From the NCBI GenBank assembly GCA_051294375.1, contig CM119267.1, forward strand, positions 22,197,486 through 22,261,485: a stretch of DNA of 64,000 nucleotides. The letters run 5' to 3'. The stretch comes from Paraspadella gotoi (taxonomy: Eukaryota > Animalia > Chaetognatha). Shown here piece after piece: positions 61,017 through 64,000 of this stretch. A program made the translations under genes and the position numbers. The stretch's first letter is position 1; each line of letters opens with the position of its first letter. The notes below the pieces were generated by a model. That model was not told where the DNA came from. It did not search any database and saw only the letters and a program-made list of their open reading frames with translations.

Positions 61017-63920
61017 TCAGGCGACGGCCGCTCGGCGGTTGTAAAGAAGCAAAGTGACAACTGAAGCAAAAAATATCAGCAGACAGAGATAACTGACGAC
61101 CCTATCTTGAAAGGTCGACGCCGCCGCCGCCGCAGCAGCATCCTCTCCGGGCGCCAGCTTCCAACGCGACATTTTCTCATCCAGCGTCATTTCCGGTTCA
61201 CCGATGACGCTGCCGAAGAGGTCGTCATCGTTACGAGGCAGCGGCGTCTGAGGCGTATCCGGTCTGGAACCCGTCGCGCACTGTGAGGCGGTGGCGGCGG
61301 CTTCGATGATAGCGGAGATAGCATCGGCGACTCTTGAAGGGCGCAACTCTTCGACGACGTCATCGGCAGCGCAGAGTCGGCGCTCTTCGACGCCCAAGCG
61401 GCGACAGGCGGACAAAAAGTTCTCTACATTGAGACGACTCTTGTGGATAGAAAGCTTCGGAAACTATAAATTATAATAAGGGGGTTTAAAAATAGGTTTA
61501 TAAAAAGAATATTGAACGTCTTCGGAATATTAAATAATATCAACCTGCGGAGAAGGAACGTGAATGCTGGGAACAGAACGCGGTTTCAGTTGGTTGACCA
61601 AATTGCAAAGGATGACTCCGTCCGACAGAATCTCCGACGTTGACTCGCCGTCCGGCAGACGAATCTTAAGCTTCCGTTCGATCGTCGCGCGAAGACCCTC
61701 GTCCTCGGCTCCCCCAAATACGGGCGAAGGGAGCGAAGAGGACAAGCGGCGCCTCGCACGGGCCTCGTCCGCGATCGGAGAGGCGTCGCGCGATGCCGGG
61801 GAGACCAGACGCGGGGGTGCCACGCCCATCGGCGTCGAGACGGCTGGTCGAGGAGTCACTATCGGCGAGTCTAAGGGCGACGCTGGGAATTTTCCGACGT
61901 AGGTGACCCGCGTCTGCGAGGAAATCGTCGGCGTCGACGTCGTCCTTTCCGCCGAATCCTTTGCCTCCTCTTCCCGCCCGAGGATGGGCGCGGCCGGCGA
62001 CGGCGGCGTCGAACCGGAAGTGGAGATGGGTGAAAATCCATCGTCGCGCCACATCTCCTCTCCGCCGACGGACACGTTTTCGTCGTCAGCGTCGTCGTAT
62101 TCGATGCTCATCGTCGAGGACAGGAGGCGCGTGGAAGCCGGTTGCCTGGATACCGAAGAAGGCTTAGGCGGTTGCTTGGTTACCGAAGCTTCCGCGGAAC
62201 GAAATTGGTTCCGTTCGCCGATGGAAGAGAGAGCGGTGGTTGGAAGGGGAGGGAGTGGTGGCATCGGCGAGGTGGGAGAGAGGGAAGAGGAAGAGGTGTC
62301 GGACTTTGGGACGTAAGGATCTTGGTCTTCGTCGACGTTGTTCTCTTGGTCCACTTCGACAGTAAGAGCACGGTTTTCTGAATATTAATGGTAAACAAAC
62401 GTGCCCGTGATAAAACTCAGTTCAAGGTGAAATTAATTTAATCGCTATAATAAAATTGTCAAACTCACCATCCAATAAAAATTCGCGATTATCTAAGTGA
62501 TCCTCGTTACGATCTTTGTTCGCTTTTTCGCCGGCGATAAATGGCGAAGTTGCGGTTATCTCCTGACCGATCGGGTGGTAAGGCTTTTCTTTGGTAAATT
62601 CCATCGTTTCCTGACAGTCGTTCCTGGGAGAGTTTCGATTCTGATCCACGTGTTGACGAGAGGGATTCGATAGAGATGCTTTGGCGTTCGGCGAAATGCG
62701 GTATGATTCTGAACAAATGTGTTATGAGGAAAAAACAAAAATGATTTCTCAGAAATGAGAGAATTCTAAGAAATGTCATTTCCCGTACAGAAAAAAACCC
62801 AATTATTCAGCCCCAATCAACAAACCGCACCTATACGAAAATCGGAGGTGATTTCGTTGAACTCCTGTAACAAATCCATCTGGGACCGAAGTTCCTTGGG
62901 CGGCGAAAGTTCTTCCTCGATTTTGATCTTCAAGCTGCATTGATTCTCAGGAGTTTCCATCTCCGAAGATGCAGCGTCAATCCACTCTCGAGGCGATGAC
63001 GGGCACGGAGATGCGCGGCCGCTCAGCGTTGAATGCGGCGTCAGCGTTCCGCTACTGTTGATGGCTTGAGATTCGATTGAGGAAAGAGAGGACAGTGCCT
63101 CTCGCGGCGCCTTTTGAAGGCTGTCGTCGTCAAAGGAGGAGTTAAACTCGAAGATTGAATCGTTGCCGATTGAGCTGTTCCGTGTGGGTGGAGGAGGCGG
63201 TGGAGGTGGCGTTGGACGTACCGGCGGCCGGCAAGCAACTTTCGCCCCGGGAGAAGAAACCCTTTTGGGCGAGGCGCTCTTAGGCGGAGTTCCGACAGCG
63301 GTGGAGGTGTTTTTCAGAGATCTGCGGCTCCGCCTGGCGCGAAATTCTTCAAGCCTATTCTCCTTGCCGTCCTCCTCCGACCAGGCGTTCCAGAAACCTA
63401 CGTAGCCGGTCAGATCGGCGTGGAGACTCTCGTTGGTGGTGCCGTAGCCGCTGTCTCGGTCGCGACTCTGCGCCGAAAACGACGTTCGCGGCTCGGACGG
63501 CGTCAACGTCCCCTTGAGGCGCCGACCGGACGCCGACGTGTCGAGGCGCTGGCTGGCGACATGCAAGTGCTTGAAGACATAATGCAGCCCGCGGCGGCAA
63601 GCGTGGGCAGGGGGAAGCGTCAGCGGGTTGTGAGACACGTCTAGTTTCTCTAGGGTCTTGAGAAAGCGAAGGCCGAGAGGGAGCCGTTGGATGCGGTTGA
63701 TGGAGACGTCCAACTTGGTCAGCTTGAGATCGCCCAGGCACTCGGGGAGCTCCTGTAACTTGTTGGAGCGCAGGTCCAGGCTACGCAGATCCTCTAAGTG
63801 GCAGAGCTCCTCAGGAACTCGGTCGATCTCGTTGCACGAAAGATCGAGTTCTTGCAGATAGGTCAATTGGCTAATTTCTTCGGGAATGGCGACCAACTTA
63901 TTGTGGCTTATCACGAGAAT
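61017..63920 (-). CDS. LRCH: Leucine-rich repeat and calponin homology domain protein (5' end beyond the window)
   Basis: LRRs (LDLSCNEI, LDVSHNPLTLPPA), RDSGY, CH domain (LSDGVILCNLVNQLKPRSVPSIHVPSP, NVENFLSACRRLGV) and a C-terminal TM segment. Confidence 0.92.
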
Positions 63921-64000
63921 CTGAAGTAAAAACAAAATATTTCATATTTATAGTTAAGATAGATCCATGTATATTATTGTATAGTTGTATATTGTATACG

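Overview
Compact animal (metazoan) genomic DNA with GC/CpG-rich exons and short AT-rich introns. I can support 24 protein-coding genes: divergent beta-tubulin, divergent STAT, GEMIN2, three TFAM-like HMG-box genes, SENP8, HENMT1, ACBP, two TBC1D20 paralogs around COMMD3, TEDC1, MS4A-like, EEF1AKMT1, LDLRAP1-like, an unknown gene, VPS37A, GRAMD1, transketolase, calpain-5, selenoprotein N, a multi-RRM gene and LRCH. Every one is on the minus strand. Several stop-to-start gaps are only about 145-240 bp and some contain apparent unpaired 3' splice sites, which suggests operon-like polycistronic transcription with trans-splicing (inference). Non-coding highlights: four copies of a small element carrying a minimal hammerhead ribozyme (Penelope-type), two of them near-perfect palindromes; an in-frame UGA plus a type II SECIS in SELENON; a CCA-terminated tRNA-Leu 3' fragment; and a TIR-bounded insertion that coincides with an intron. 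Gene names come from motif recognition and exon boundaries were read by eye. No database search was run.
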